This document shows, piece by piece, positions 26,820 to 40,325 of a DNA stretch of 64,000 nucleotides. The stretch's first letter is position 1; each line of letters begins with the position of its first letter. A program made the translations under genes and the position numbers. The notes under the pieces were generated by a model. That model searched no databases and had not been told where the DNA came from. It was given only the letters and a program-made list of their open reading frames with translations. The stretch comes from Adineta vaga (Eukaryota > Animalia > Rotifera): contig CP075497.1 of assembly GCA_021613535.1 (NCBI GenBank), positions 3,162,001 to 3,226,000 on the forward strand, in the 5' to 3' direction.

Positions 26820-29481
26820 ATGTATAGCAATGAGAATTTACCATCCGAATGGTTTTCATCCCGTAAACGACCACGATCATATCATTATTTACCACCCATG
26901 TCTCGACCTGTTTCAAAAAGTTTCAATCGAATCTCTGATTTTATCTTTCCTGATACTGTTCATATTCGTCTCCAACAACAACAACAACAACAACATCCTT
27001 ATTACCAAAGATATCAAAGAACTGAAAACTATAGTTTGCCTGTGCTGAACCGTCGAAGTCTTAACCAACATGATTTAATCGTTGTAGAACGTTTACCATT
27101 TCAAGAACTTGACAATGTAGATTTTCTTTATCGGGAACAATATCAAAAGCATCAAGAGCAACAGGAACAACAGCAACGATATCAACCGAGTCGACCAGTT
27201 CGACGTCGTTATACATCTATCGTTAATGATCGTCGTGCACCTATCAATGAAAAAATGGTACCTGGATTAGTTACTCGACCAGATGTTTATCGAGAGCGTA
27301 TTCGTGATCGACGAAAACGTCATACAACCGATAATGCTTATCATTCAATGATGAAATCAATGTTAGAAGAAGAGGAATCTCAGTATTTGAATGATAATGA
27401 TGATGGTGATGGTGTTGGTGAACCTAATTATATTATTTCATATACTACTACATTAGATCCAATTACTGATTCAGAATCGATAAATTCTATACACCACCAA
27501 CAATCTACAAAGAATATCTCATCGGAAGAATGGAAACGACACACTCATGGTCGTGTACCAATCAATGGAACAGTACCTGTCATAGTTGAACGTGAACGTT
27601 CACGTCAACGACAACACAGTTCATCATTAAGTAGTCGAGATTCATCGAGTGATACAGATATTACTGAAAGACATCCAACTACAATGAATTATAATCATTA
27701 TCAACAAGATGAATCAGTACGAAATAGTCTTCTTTTTTGTATTTGATTATTAATATCATCTGTGTATACATATATATTTAATGTTTAGTTCATCACTTCA
27801 TCAAAAGAGCTTCCGGATACATCGACTTCTCGTCCAGCTGTTTGGGAACGTCTTCGATCTGAGCCTGTTCGTCTTCGACATCAACCTGACATATTCATTC
27901 CCATTCTCCCAGCAACAAAAGCAGACACAAACAATCAAGAAACATTGTCTTATAAGAATAATCTGATCAGTTCAACGCCATTTGATAATGTTGCCGATTA
28001 TCAGATAAACAATCAAACATCATCTCAACCAGTTGATAAATCAACACATCATGTTTCTTTATGCGTAAATGATTTACATACAACATTATTTATTGAAGAA
28101 GATGCTCTCAATAATACAAAGACGACGACAAATAGTCATAATAATACTAGCAAAGGTACCGACTCGAAAGAAAAGAAAAATCGTATTGTACAGATGAATT
28201 AGAGTTCTTATCTATATATTTATTAACGCAGTAGACAAGAAAGACAAACAACTAACATTCTTTTCTTTGATTTCTTCTTCTTTAGTAATCATAAAAACAT
28301 TCATCGATCGAATCATCAAACGTCTACAACATTTTAAACGATCACTCGATGCTGGACTCAGTATGTTTTTTAGATTTTACTTGAACTTACAATAAAAGAA
28401 CATTTTCGAGGACGCTAATTCTCTACAACTATTTTTAGTTCATGTTCGGAAAAGAAATACATTAGTCAATGGTCCTATTGTTAATGTTGATTATCATGCA
28501 CAAAGCGAAATTACTCAACGAAAGAATGAATATGATCAATCTAGTGATTATATTCCTAAACAACAACCACTTCGATCGCCATCAATTGATACAAATGAAG
28601 AGACAAAACTTGTTCGACCATATTTTCTCATTAGGCCACAATCAGTTCTCGTATTACCGAATGAAACAGGTAATTGAATAGATGAAAATCTCATATTCTC
28701 TCTTGTAAGAGAAAAACAAAACTGAAAGTAATTAAAACCGTATCTATTTACTATCATTTCTTATTTAGCTAAATTCAAATGTTGTTTCGGTGGTGATCCA
28801 CTTCCTACACATGTCTGGTCTCATAATGATTCACGTGTGCCTGAAATAATGGCCGCAGGCGGTACAACATCATCTCAATATCGTGTACATAAACTTCATG
28901 ATATATATTATTTGGACATTGGACCTGTTAGTATTCGTGATAATGGTCAAGTAAAATGTACACTTATGAATAGATATGGTCGAGAAGAAGCTATTGCTCA
29001 ATTGATTGTTGCTCGTAAGAGAAAATAACTTGAAATCAATGATGAATTTCTTTTTCTTTCTTTCTCTAGCGTCAGCAGCGGATGCTACACCTTCGATTAC
29101 TCAATCATTGAATGATATTACAATCATTGAAAATCGTCCTTTGAAATTATCATGTGGTATTGTTGGTTTTCAAGTAACGGTGAATTGGTTTCATAATGGC
29201 AAAGTATATATTTCATATTGTCTTTCAAAATTTTGAAATTATATCGTTTAGTTAATATCACCAATGACGCAATCAAAAACGGATTATAACGGTGAAAATG
29301 CCATTTTCACTCTTTCACAAGTACATATAGAAATATGAGATAAAATTGTCTACGATTAATTTTTGTTTAGTGTATGAGAACTGATGCTGGTACAATTGAT
29401 TGTCTTGTTAAAAATCGTTTTGGTGAAGCAAGAACAAGTTGTCGTATAGAAGTGGTCAATGATCCTGAATTTGACCGGTGA
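26820..29481 (+). CDS. Long disordered Q/R/S-rich N-terminus plus two C-terminal I-set immunoglobulin domains (palladin/myotilin/titin-like intracellular Ig protein)
   Basis: Ig1: RPYFLIRPQSVLVLPNET|AKFKCCFGGDPLPTHVWSHN..DNGQVKCTLMNRYG. Ig2: PSITQSLNDITIIENRPLKLSC..VNWFHNGK..DAGTIDCLVKNRFGEARTSCRIEV. No signal peptide. Stop TGA at 29479-29481. Confidence 0.8.
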
Positions 29482-32400
29482 ATAAATATCTTGTTTTATC
29501 AAATATAAGAGAATGGATTGCTTCATTGGCTTTTTTTTTAATCTCGTAAAGACAAAAAGACGTATTTACTCATTTCCTTACTGTGTATTTCAAACAACAT
29601 TTCTTCTGTTTTGTGTCTATTTTCCTACTAGTCTCATATGTTGATTATAATCTTTTCTTTTCGTTTTCTTTTTGTGATTGTTGTATTGTAGGATTCTAGT
29701 GCTTTTTTATTGTCAATGTGAATGAATGGATAGTGAGAATTAACAAAAAGAGAAGAAAAAAAGAATCAATAAATGAAAATAATTATTGAATCTATCTGAG
29801 GAATTTAACTTCTTTTTCGAGAAAGGATAAAACTTATGTCACGAATGAATCTGTTATTAAATTCAAATCAATAATTGATTTCCTGCGTTAATATTAATAT
29901 TATCGACAATACTTAACACAATGGAACATTGTATGGGCTGAAGAGGTAGAAAAAAATGATTGGGAAAATGACATCATAGTAATCATATATGCTTTTTCAA
30001 TTGAATAGAACTATATATAGAGATAAATAGATTAGAAAAATAATTGATTTGAAGTCGACAATTGATTCTATAAAGAAAACTAAGTACGTTCTGTTTTTTG
30101 TCTTCTAAATAATAATCATGAGAAGTGCAATGACGTAATCAAGTACGATAAGACCGCTTTATTTAACGCGGTCTATTCTTCACGATGTTATTCATTTGAA
30201 GGTCATGTCTATAATGCGTGCTGGTATGTACATTGACGAGATATTTAGTGAGAACTGGAACCGTTTATTTCATCCCTTGATCTTGTAACGTATGATGTCA
30301 TGATGATCAAGATTCAGGATTAGAATAGATGTAAAACGAAGGAAAAATGTCTTGTTTATCATATATTTGCGTGAAATTTTTACACATATAGTAGAGAGAT
30401 ATGTCTATGATTCGAGTATTTAAATGATCTCCTCAATTCAATGACGAAAGCAAACGAGAATGTCTTAAATTTCATGTTGATCTGTAATGAAAAGGTTTCA
30501 AAATAAAACAAAAATGTGCTTATCTAGAAAAGCCAACATGAAAATAGAGATAGTGAGTTCTCATTATTTGACATAACCCTCGATATGCTTATTCATTTGA
30601 TGATAAATAGATGATAAACAATCTGTATTTGTATATCATACACGGATAAATCCATGATAGAAAAATGATAAAATTTTGTTTGTCAAAGATGTAAATTTAA
30701 ATTTATTGCGAACTTTAAGAAAGAAGTCATAGTTCGTAAAGTATTAACTTTACATTTCTTGACCGTTTAGAACATTCGAATGATTTCATTGCGCTTGTTA
30801 TCTGATGACATAGTTAAGTATCATTCACTCATATTGAATCATAAGAAAAATCATATTTCGTAATACATAATGAGTCATGAGGAGGGATATTTTTATTTAA
30901 ATGAAAATTATGTATTTTGGGGTGAAATATATTTCCCATAAAATGAAATATTTCCTATGTTTCATAAAGTAAACTGATAAGTAGGAATTTTTTCCTTGCT
31001 GAGCTATAAATGAAGTAACAATAGAAATGATAACGCCCATTTCTGTTGATGTCAGTATATATGTATGTGATAGTCTGTTATGGTAATGCGCATTCGAACA
31101 TAACTCCAATCATAGAAACATCGAACGAATTCAATTTCAATAGAAAATATTCTTTTAGAAGAGACTATAGTGTAAGTACCACAACTGAGATTTTTAGCGG
31201 AATCAATCATTTAATCCATAAAGAATTACTGCCATAAACTAAAATTACGATTGAGTCATCGGTTTTCCCTTTCTTCATGTATAATGCTGACATGTTGGTG
31301 TCATCTGGACTATAGCTAACAATATAACTCATCAACATATATAACCTATATTTAGCAAAACTTAGAGAGTACTATTATTCGTTTTTGTTAAGTACAAAAA
31401 AATACACAAACTGCAATGCAAGCATATTTTTCCCACTTGTGAAAGATTTGACACGATCAGTCAATTTTACCATTTTGTTTCTTAGCAACTCATGACTCAA
31501 AATTTGTTTTAGTTGAGAACAAGATCTTATACTGGATTTTTCTCGTATAGAGCGCCATCTACTTCCAAGGAGTATTGATTCTCGAATGTATAATTCTGTC
31601 GCACAAAAAATACGTCATATATACAGCATGTGATTAGTTAATCAAACTTCCAATGATAAACTAAGGGAGAAAGAAAAACAAGAAAAGACATTTTAAAATA
31701 TAGATAGATAGATTGACAGAGCAATTAGTAATAATTGTAGATTACCTAACCAAACTTCAAGCTAGAAAAATTGTTTTGTGCATTTATTTTCTATTCACGT
31801 CCGTCCTGTTTATCGACACATATTGACCTGTTTCACGCGAGAGCAACTTATAAGCTGTGTAACCTTATACCGACGTCGACGTCAATTTTTAAGGAAAAAG
31901 ATTGCAATTTCAATTTCAATATAATTTCGGTCTATTAACCGGTATGACATTTCTTTTTCAATTTATTTTCTCAACCTACGTTGCAATTGATTTCAATCTA
32001 ATCCCTATCACATGTCCGCTTTTATTTAACATGACTAATAATACACCAATGATTTAAGATGTAATTTTTACCTTATTTTCTTCCTACACAGTCACCGTGA
32101 TGGAAGAATCATTAGTAGTCAGGTGTGAAGGTTGCTAGGAGCAGAAATATGTATTGCGAAAAACAAAAGCAATTAAAACAAGTGATGAAACTATAATATT
32201 TCAAGTTGTTGACTCACAGAGATTAACATTGACGTATAAGAATGAGAGTAGCAAAACGATAGAACATTAATAGTTTCCTAGGAAAGATATCAGAATAAAA
32301 TGATTTACGATCTTTAACCTTATGACACATAGAAGAATTTCGAACATTTCTTTTTTTCTATTCTCGATTATATGATGGAGTCATGTGCAAATACTGATAA

Positions 32401-32512
32401 GAATTTTATTTCTCTATATTTACATATATTTTCATTAAAGAGTTTTATATTCATTCTTTAGATTATTGTGTGATGATATTTTCAATCATTTATTCGGGAG
32501 CCCTATAAGTGC

Positions 32513-34543
32513 ATGGCTTGCCTTAGTGAATGTCGATTTTTAAATCGTACATTAACAATCGATGATATTTCGAAGAAACCACAATGCAGAAATTTGAAAT
32601 TTAAACGGGCTTTTCAATTTCTACAACTGCTTTTATTACAACGAGTTTATGGAATTGATATAATATCGTGTCCAGTATTACGACGTTCTATGAAACATTC
32701 TCAACAAAAGCGCACACAGGAAGATAATTGTCAAGTCTTTCTTGGTGGTTCGTGTAATCCAACAACATGGCGACATGATCAAGCGATACCTTATTTTCAA
32801 TCTCGATCAGTGTCGTTTTATAATCCACAAGTATCAGATTGGACGCCAGATCTTGTCGAAATTGAACATCGAGCAAAAGAACTAGCTCCATTATTATTTT
32901 TTGTAATTGATTATGATACGAGAGCATTATCATCGATTGTTGAGGTATGTTATTTAGCAGCACGTGGTCGAAGTATTATCGTTGTTATGAATCCAATGCC
33001 AGACAGAAACTATACGAAATTTATCCAACAGAAAAATAGTAATAATGAGAAAGATAATGAAGATGATTATGAAAATGCATGTGAAGCTCGAAGAACATTA
33101 CGTGTATTATTACGAGGTCTTAATATTCCATTCTTTGATAATATACGCTTAGCTCTTGAATGCGCTGCATTTATACTTGAGTCAACTAAACGAACAGTAA
33201 CTAATCAGAGTACTTTTAATGAAGATAATCAAGAAAATCATAATGATCAAGGTAACTAATATATTATTATTAAAATAAATATCATATATGTATATATGTT
33301 TATCATTAGATATTCTTACACCATTACCAAAATCACCTGGTGATTATGATGATAAACGACCGTCATCTGTCGTTGTTATCCGTTCTCTATCGAATAAAAC
33401 ATCATTTGAATCACCGGATGATTTTTATCAACAAATGCATCAGTCAGCAATGACGACATCTATGTCACCTTTTCATCGACGACATAGTTCAACGCCGGAA
33501 TCAAGTATAATCAAATATGAATTCATTTTGTTCAGTTAGTTTTTATTTTTTCAATTCATTTTTACAGATGATCCACAATTTCGTGGAACAAATACTTGTA
33601 CAAGAACACAATTATCATGTTCAACAACTGAAAGTGATGATGATGGTTATTGTTCACTTTCGTCAAGTAATCGTACTCTATCATCATCATCTCTCTCAGT
33701 TTCTTCGGAATTATTTGAATCAATCAATGATCAACAACGAGAAGATAATGTTAATGGGTAGATTTACTTATTCATTTCCATCAAAGATATATTATCAACT
33801 GTCTTCGTTTCTATATCTTTAGATCCGATAAAGCATCTAATAATACAATGATGAATAATTTGATTTCGACGTTTTATTCTTATGTTCCATTTGTGAGTTC
33901 TACACAATCAGTACCAGCACCATCATCAGATTCATCAGTGACACAATCACTGTTTGTTTTATTTACTCTTCCTTTTCGTTTTATCAAAGATACTTTGCTT
34001 TCTCCTACTTTACCAAAATCACCAATATCTGCATTCTCATGTTTAGCAGAAGCTAATGAATCGAATTTAGCTTTACCAACTGCTTCTAATCGACCATCTA
34101 CGCACATATTCGATATTTACATAGCATCCGGCACTAGTGATGAATGTTGGTTAAATACATTTGCTCTTCCAACTCTTAAACAGCTCAATGTAACTTTTAC
34201 GAAACGACAATCATGTCTTGAAAGTGATCAACTTGATGCAGTCTATGATATGCATATACGTAAACAATCACGTGTATTATATTATGCAATCAATGGCCGT
34301 GAACGTTTATCACATTTAACAAATGAACTTGCATTTCTCATTGGTGAACGTAAACATAAAATCATTGTTTATATGCAATCAACTATTGATGAAGATACGG
34401 AAGAGATTCTCTCACCATGCGAACGACGAGATATTCAACGTTCGAGAAAATATTTAGAAGATTTAATTCGAAAAGAGAATATAACTTTATGCCATTCACG
34501 TGAACAGAGTTGGGAGCATGTTTTAGCTTTTTTCAAAACATAA
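32513..34543 (+). CDS. raw: Raw/OLRN-1-like protein with two nucleoside-2-deoxyribosyltransferase-like (Raw repeat) domains, 4 exons
   Basis: VFLGGSCNPTTWR..AIP..SFYNPQVSDW..EHRAKE..LFFVID..TRALSSIVE is the characteristic Raw repeat. A degenerate second copy reads DIYIASGT..W..ALPTL..ELAFLIG..DIQRSRKYL. Introns splice in frame. Confidence 0.8.
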
Positions 34544-35188
34544 TCACTTGTCGAAGAAATTTCTTTCTTTCTTTATGATTATTCTAATCCTTCCGATTAA
34601 CATTCATCGACATATTGATGATAGTATTCTTTTTTCCATTATCATCACATATGAATTTGCAAGATGTTTGCTAATTTGGAAGTTTTCTTATCAACGAATG
34701 TCTGGACAATGAGCAGAACAAAAAACCTTATTTATCTTAGTCATGACTTTTTGATGCTATAAAACTACAGCAAAAAAGATATTTTTATAAATATATATAT
34801 GTTTGCGCGCATGTGTATGTATGTATGTGTGTGTATGTGTCTTCTGCTTATTTTTCTATTAAAATGAAACGATTCCATATAGAAAAAAATGACGAAAAAA
34901 AAAATTCTAGTCTCTTAGATGTATGCTTATCTAACAAAAGGTTATTCAATGTTGTTATTTTATTTTCATTACACACTTTCTTTTGTAGATTTGTTGCCAT
35001 ACGTCAGATAGAACAAGCGAAAAATAACGGTGCTAATAATATTAAAAAAAGAAAGAACAGACAGAAAGAAAGAAAAAAGCTGCAATGTTTTTGTCAATAA
35101 GAAAGTATGTATAGAAAAAGAAAAATACCGAATCTAATTGATAAAGTTTTACATATCTGATTAATATTCAGATAACTGATTGGTGAAC

Positions 35189-37745
35189 ATGGCATTTACT
35201 CTTGGTTCGACAACTTCATCGATTGATTCAGATGATTATCATTCAACATTAACAACAGCTATGTCTAATGAACATCAAGTAACAAGTTCCGATCATGCAT
35301 CACGGACAGTATCGAAAATTTCTTCATATCTTCGACAAGGATTTCTATGTGACGTCGTTTTTATTTGTGGACATGGACAAATAAAACAACGAATTAATGC
35401 TCATCGACTTGTTGTTGCTACTTTATCAGATTATTTTCGAGCAATGTTTGAAAGTAATATGCTTGAAACCAAACAACGTGAAATTGTTATTAATGATATT
35501 GATCCAGATGCATTAGAAAAATTAATTCTGTATGCATATGAAGGTAAATAGACATGTGTTTTTTTTCTTCCTTCTTTAGAATGCATTTCAAATGATTTTC
35601 TAGGCCATTTGGAACTTCATCAAGATAATGTTACTCATGTTCTTACTGCTGCACATATGTTTAATATCACTGAAATCATTGATGCTTGTTGTAAGTATAT
35701 CGAAAAACAATTTCATCCATCGAATTGCCTTGGAATTCATAAATTTGCTCTTCAACATGATTTACATGAATTGACTGAAACTGCTTGGAATTATATTCTG
35801 GTAGAAGAACTATAACAATTAAATGATAGAATTATTTCAATCATCTATTTTTTCTAGGAACATTTTACAAATGTAATTCAAAATAATCATGAATTTTTGG
35901 AATTATCTTTCGATGAAATTAAAGAACTTTTAGCATCAAGTAAGTTAAACTGTAAAATAAATCATTTAGCTGATTTATAATATTGGTTTGATCTTCTTTC
36001 TCTCTAAGCAGTATGAATGCATGAAAAAATGACGAGAAATTATGTTGATTTGATCTTCCTTGCGATGCAAAGTCTATAGAAATCTGATCCCCTTTCAGTT
36101 GATCAAATATTTGAAGAACTAAACAAGATTTTGTATGTATTTTATTAGATGATATTAATGTGCAATCAGAAGAGATTGTATTTGAAGCATTCCTTTCTTG
36201 GATTGATTATGATCCAAAACGGCAAGCTGATCGTTTAGCACAACTCTTTGGTCTAATTAGATTACCATTAATTGATAAAAAAGTAAAAATTTGTAGAAAT
36301 ACTATTTTTAAGAAAAAAAGAAGAAAAACGTTTTTTTTTCGATTTATTTTAGTATTTAACGGATCATATTGATACAGATCTACGATTTAAGAATGATACT
36401 TCATGTCAGATGTTGATTATTGAAACCATGCGTTATCATTTAGCTCCTGAAAAACGATCAACAATGCAATCTATAAGAACAAAACCAAGAAAAGCAACAC
36501 TCGGTGCTTTGTATTGTCTTGGTGGAATGGATAGTGCAAAAGGTATTTGATTTCACAATTTATAAAAGATCCTGATGTATATTTAAAATAAGGTCCTCAA
36601 ACGATTGAACGATATGATTTTCGAACACGTTCATGGCAACCAAATGGCCATCTAAATACTCGTCGTTGGCAATTTGCTTGTGTTATTTTAGAGAAAAAAT
36701 TATATGTATGTGGAGGACGTGATGGATTGAAAACGTTAGTTGATATATATATATATAATTATAAAATGTTATACTTTGCTGTTATTTAATAGATTAAATA
36801 GTATCGAAATATTTGATTTTCAAAAGAAAATATGGAATATTGGACCACCCATGTTAACAAATCGACATGGTTTAGGTGTAGGATGTATCGGTGGTCCATT
36901 GTATGCCATTGGTGGTCATGATGGATGGAGTTTTCTCAATACAGTCGAACGTTTTGATCCAGAAACATGTGTCTGGTCATATGTTGCATCGATGACTAAT
37001 GCACGATGTACACTTGGCGTTGGTGTTCTTGAAAATCGGTGATACATCTATTTTGATTATGAATTATTGTATTCTTGTTTATTTTCAGTATCTATGCAGT
37101 TGGAGGTCGAGATGGTGCTGCAGGTCTTCGAGAAACAGAATCTTATGATCCACATACCAACCGTTGGTCACCATGTGCACCAATGCAGAAACGTCGTGGA
37201 GGTGTAGCTGTAGCAGCTTGTAATGGATTTTTATTTGCGATAGGTGGTCATGAATCATCGGCTACAAATAAATGTGCTGTAAGGCACGATGATGGCGAAC
37301 GTTATGATCCACGATGTGATCAATGGACATTAATTACTTCGTTATGTCGTCCAAAAGAAGCTCTTGCAATTGCTGCTGTTAGTGATAAATTATATATTGT
37401 TGGCGGTTTCGATGGTAAAGTACTTGATGAAGTTGAAAAATATGAACCAGAAACAGATAAATGGACTAAAGTAAGACAATTCTATATAATAACTAAAGAA
37501 AATAACGAATATTTACCCTTCAGTGTCCGTCATTGGGAACAAAAAGAGCTGGTGCTTGTCTTATTCATGTTTCAAATTCTATTCATCAATCATCATTACC
37601 AACATCATCATCACCATCATCATTTTCATCATTATCTCTATTAACTACAAGTTCTTATACTTTACCATCGACAACATCATTAACTAAACGAAACAAAGAT
37701 GTATCAGCTAGTTGCCATCAATTAAGTCGTCTTGTCCTTTCATAA
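35189..37745 (+). CDS. KLHL5: Kelch-like protein of the KLHL1/4/5 group (BTB-BACK-Kelch)
   Basis: [22 protein letters not shown]; [12 protein letters not shown]; [48 protein letters not shown]. All exons are in frame. Confidence 0.88.
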
Positions 37746-38041
37746 CACATTTTTATTAGCTCAAATTATTCGTCCTTCTGTTTTTTTATATGATATTTCG
37801 TGATTTCTATTTGATAGACAGGGAACTACTATTGTCTTCTTCTTCCTTTTTTTCTAACCTCATTCATATCTCTCAAAGATTATCACAGTTTTATATACAT
37901 GCACATGCGTGAATTTGACTATCGTAGAATATTTGTTCTCTTTTTTTTCTGTCTTTTATATGAAATAATGATAATCAATATGAAGTAGATTTTTGTTTGA
38001 ATATAACAATAATATATCTTTTTTTCTTCATCTTAGACCTT

Positions 38042-38993
38042 ATGACAGAATCTATTGCTCCGCCTGATACAGGTGTTTTTGCAGATCAAGAACGACCAAA
38101 AAGAATTTTTAAAATTATTGTTATTGGTGATTCACATGTTGGTATGAGAATAGAGATTAGAAGGAAAGAATTCTTTAACTATTTTTGATTGATTGATTTT
38201 TTTTAGGTAAAACATGTTTGACATATAGATTTTGTTCGGGAAAATTTCCGGATAAAACTGAAGCAACGATTGGTAAGATTGAAATCTTTATCAATGAATC
38301 GTTGAATTATCTGTATGTTTATTTTGTAGGTGTAGATTTTCGAGAGAAAACATTAGATATTGATGGTGAAATATTCAAAGTACGTATCTATGAAAATTTG
38401 AAACGAATATATATGATATTTTTATCTTTATTTACAGCTTCAAATTTGGGACACTGCTGGACAAGGTATGTCGTATAGAATTAGCGAACTTATTTTGATC
38501 ATTTTTTTATAGAACGTTTTCGTCGTTCGATGATTAATCATTATTATCGGAATGTTCATGCAATTGTCTATGTTTATGATGTAACTAATTTAGCTTCGTT
38601 TGAAAATCTTCCTGGATGGATCAATGAATGTGATAAACATGTTCTTGATCAAGATTTACCACGAGTTCTCGTTGGCAACAAATGTGATGTATCTAATGAT
38701 GATATTGTAGTTCCCAATGCAGTTGCACAACGATTTGCTGTATGATTTACAATTTTCATCCTATTTCTCAACTATTTTTACTTTTCTAGGATGCACATAA
38801 TATCCCATTATTTGAAACATCAGCTAAGGCTGATGAACATCAAGATCATGTCAATTCAATATTCATGTTACTTGCACATAAACTTAAGCATTCAAAACCA
38901 CTTATGTCTCAACCAAAACTCTACGCAAATCGTGATATTTCAATAACATCGTCACCGACAACAGCGACTGAACCAGGCTTTTGCTCGTGTTAA
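38042..38993 (+). CDS. RAB33B: Rab33 small GTPase
   Basis: [70 protein letters not shown], with a C-terminal CSC prenylation motif. Confidence 0.92.
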
Positions 38994-39459
38994 GTCTCAA
39001 TTAGATTTGAACTTATTTATTTATATCAAGCACTTTAATAATACATGCAACTTACTTGGATAATCATATACATATTGTCAGCCACATCCGTTCTCTCTCT
39101 CTCTCTCTTTCTCTTTCTTTTCTTATGTATAAATAGATATGTAATAATCAGTTTTTTTTCTATACCATTCCCATTATTTATTGCTATATTGACTTTATTT
39201 TTTGCTTCTCTATTGTTGTTACTATCGCCAATATAATTTTCTTTTACGTTTGATTGCTTATTTAATTTGAAAAAGAGTTCATAATCAATAAGTAATATTT
39301 CTAACAACCTTGTGTACGATGATAGTTTTATTTCTGCTCATTTACCAAAATGACAGAAAAAAGTAAATATAAATATATTCACATATGAAGGAAAGGGTTT
39401 CTTACGAACAGACCTTTTACCAAGAATATTTTTTTCAAAATAAAGATCATAGATTTTTA

Positions 39460-40086
39460 TTACTTCGTGACCAATAATGTTTCTTCACCTTGTAACAAAG
39501 CTGATTGACGATCAGAAAACCAACAAATTATATACAAAATTGCATCGACTAAATAGATAATATCACCAACAATAATAATAATCTGTGTAACTGGTACAAG
39601 AGTAAGAAACGCTGCTAAAACATATGATAATGATCCTAACAAGTTGAGAATATTTGCCCAAGAATAGAACATGCTTGTTCCACGAACCATCATATTAACT
39701 AGAGCAGCAACTGCAAATAAACTTATACCGACAATATTACATGTCCAGATAGTTTTTGAACTCGTAAAAGCAGTTGCGACAAATAAAGCACCAAAAAAGT
39801 AAGCTACACTACCAATTTTATCAAATATAGCTGATAAAACCATAATATAATATCGATGCGTACTACTATTGATATGATAGATTGATAAAATTTGAAAAGT
39901 AGAGTTAACAACGAAGATCGCTGCAAGAAAAACATAAATCCAAGATGATAATGTTGAATTGATAGCCGTAGGACGCATATAATCAAGTCCATCCATTAAT
40001 AAATAACCAGTCATACCAAATAAAAAAATAAAATTAGCCCAGAATGACCAGAAGAACGCCCGAGTACGAAAAAAGTTACTTTCCAT
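39460..40086 (-). CDS. Intronless 208-aa multipass membrane protein (about 6 TM, three internal hairpin repeats, YrhK-like)
   Basis: Single uninterrupted hydrophobic ORF with repeats WANFIFLFGMTGYLL / SAIFDKIGSVAYFF / WANILNLLGSLSYVL. The YrhK resemblance is judged from motif pattern only. Confidence 0.7.
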   Translation of the reverse strand: MESNFFRTRAFFWSFWANFIFLFGMTGYLLMDGLDYMRPTAINSTLSSWIYVFLAAIFVVNSTFQILSIYHINSSTHRYYIMVLSAIFDKIGSVAYFFGALFVATAFTSSKTIWTCNIVGISLFAVAALVNMMVRGTSMFYSWANILNLLGSLSYVLAAFLTLVPVTQIIIIVGDIIYLVDAILYIICWFSDRQSALLQGEETLLVTK

Positions 40087-40273
40087 ATCTGATCAGTTGA
40101 TAGTAATGATATCTTTTTCTTTTTTCTCATGCAAAAATAGGGTCACAGCTGGTAGTATACTTAGATACCATTTAATGAAACCTATCATTCTTTTATTTCT
40201 ATTATATTATTATACGTAGGCAACCATAAAATAATATGTAAACTATTTCAAATAAATCTTATACAACAGTTTC

Positions 40274-40325
40274 GGGTGTGGGTGAGGGTATTTCCTCTTC
40301 TTTTACACCCATATCCACACCCTCA
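40274..40325. repeat. Short inverted element built from telomere-like hexamers (TGTGGG/TGAGGG)
   Basis: gggTGTGGGTGAGGGt - spacer - acacccatatccacaccctca (reverse complement TGAGGG TGTGGA TATGGG TGT). A related tract lies at 57944-57961. Confidence 0.6.

Noticed and set aside
30151-30174. agaccgc...gcggtct hairpin, possible Helitron 3' end
   Set aside because: No properly spaced CTRR terminus or other element features; a 7-bp stem alone is insufficient.
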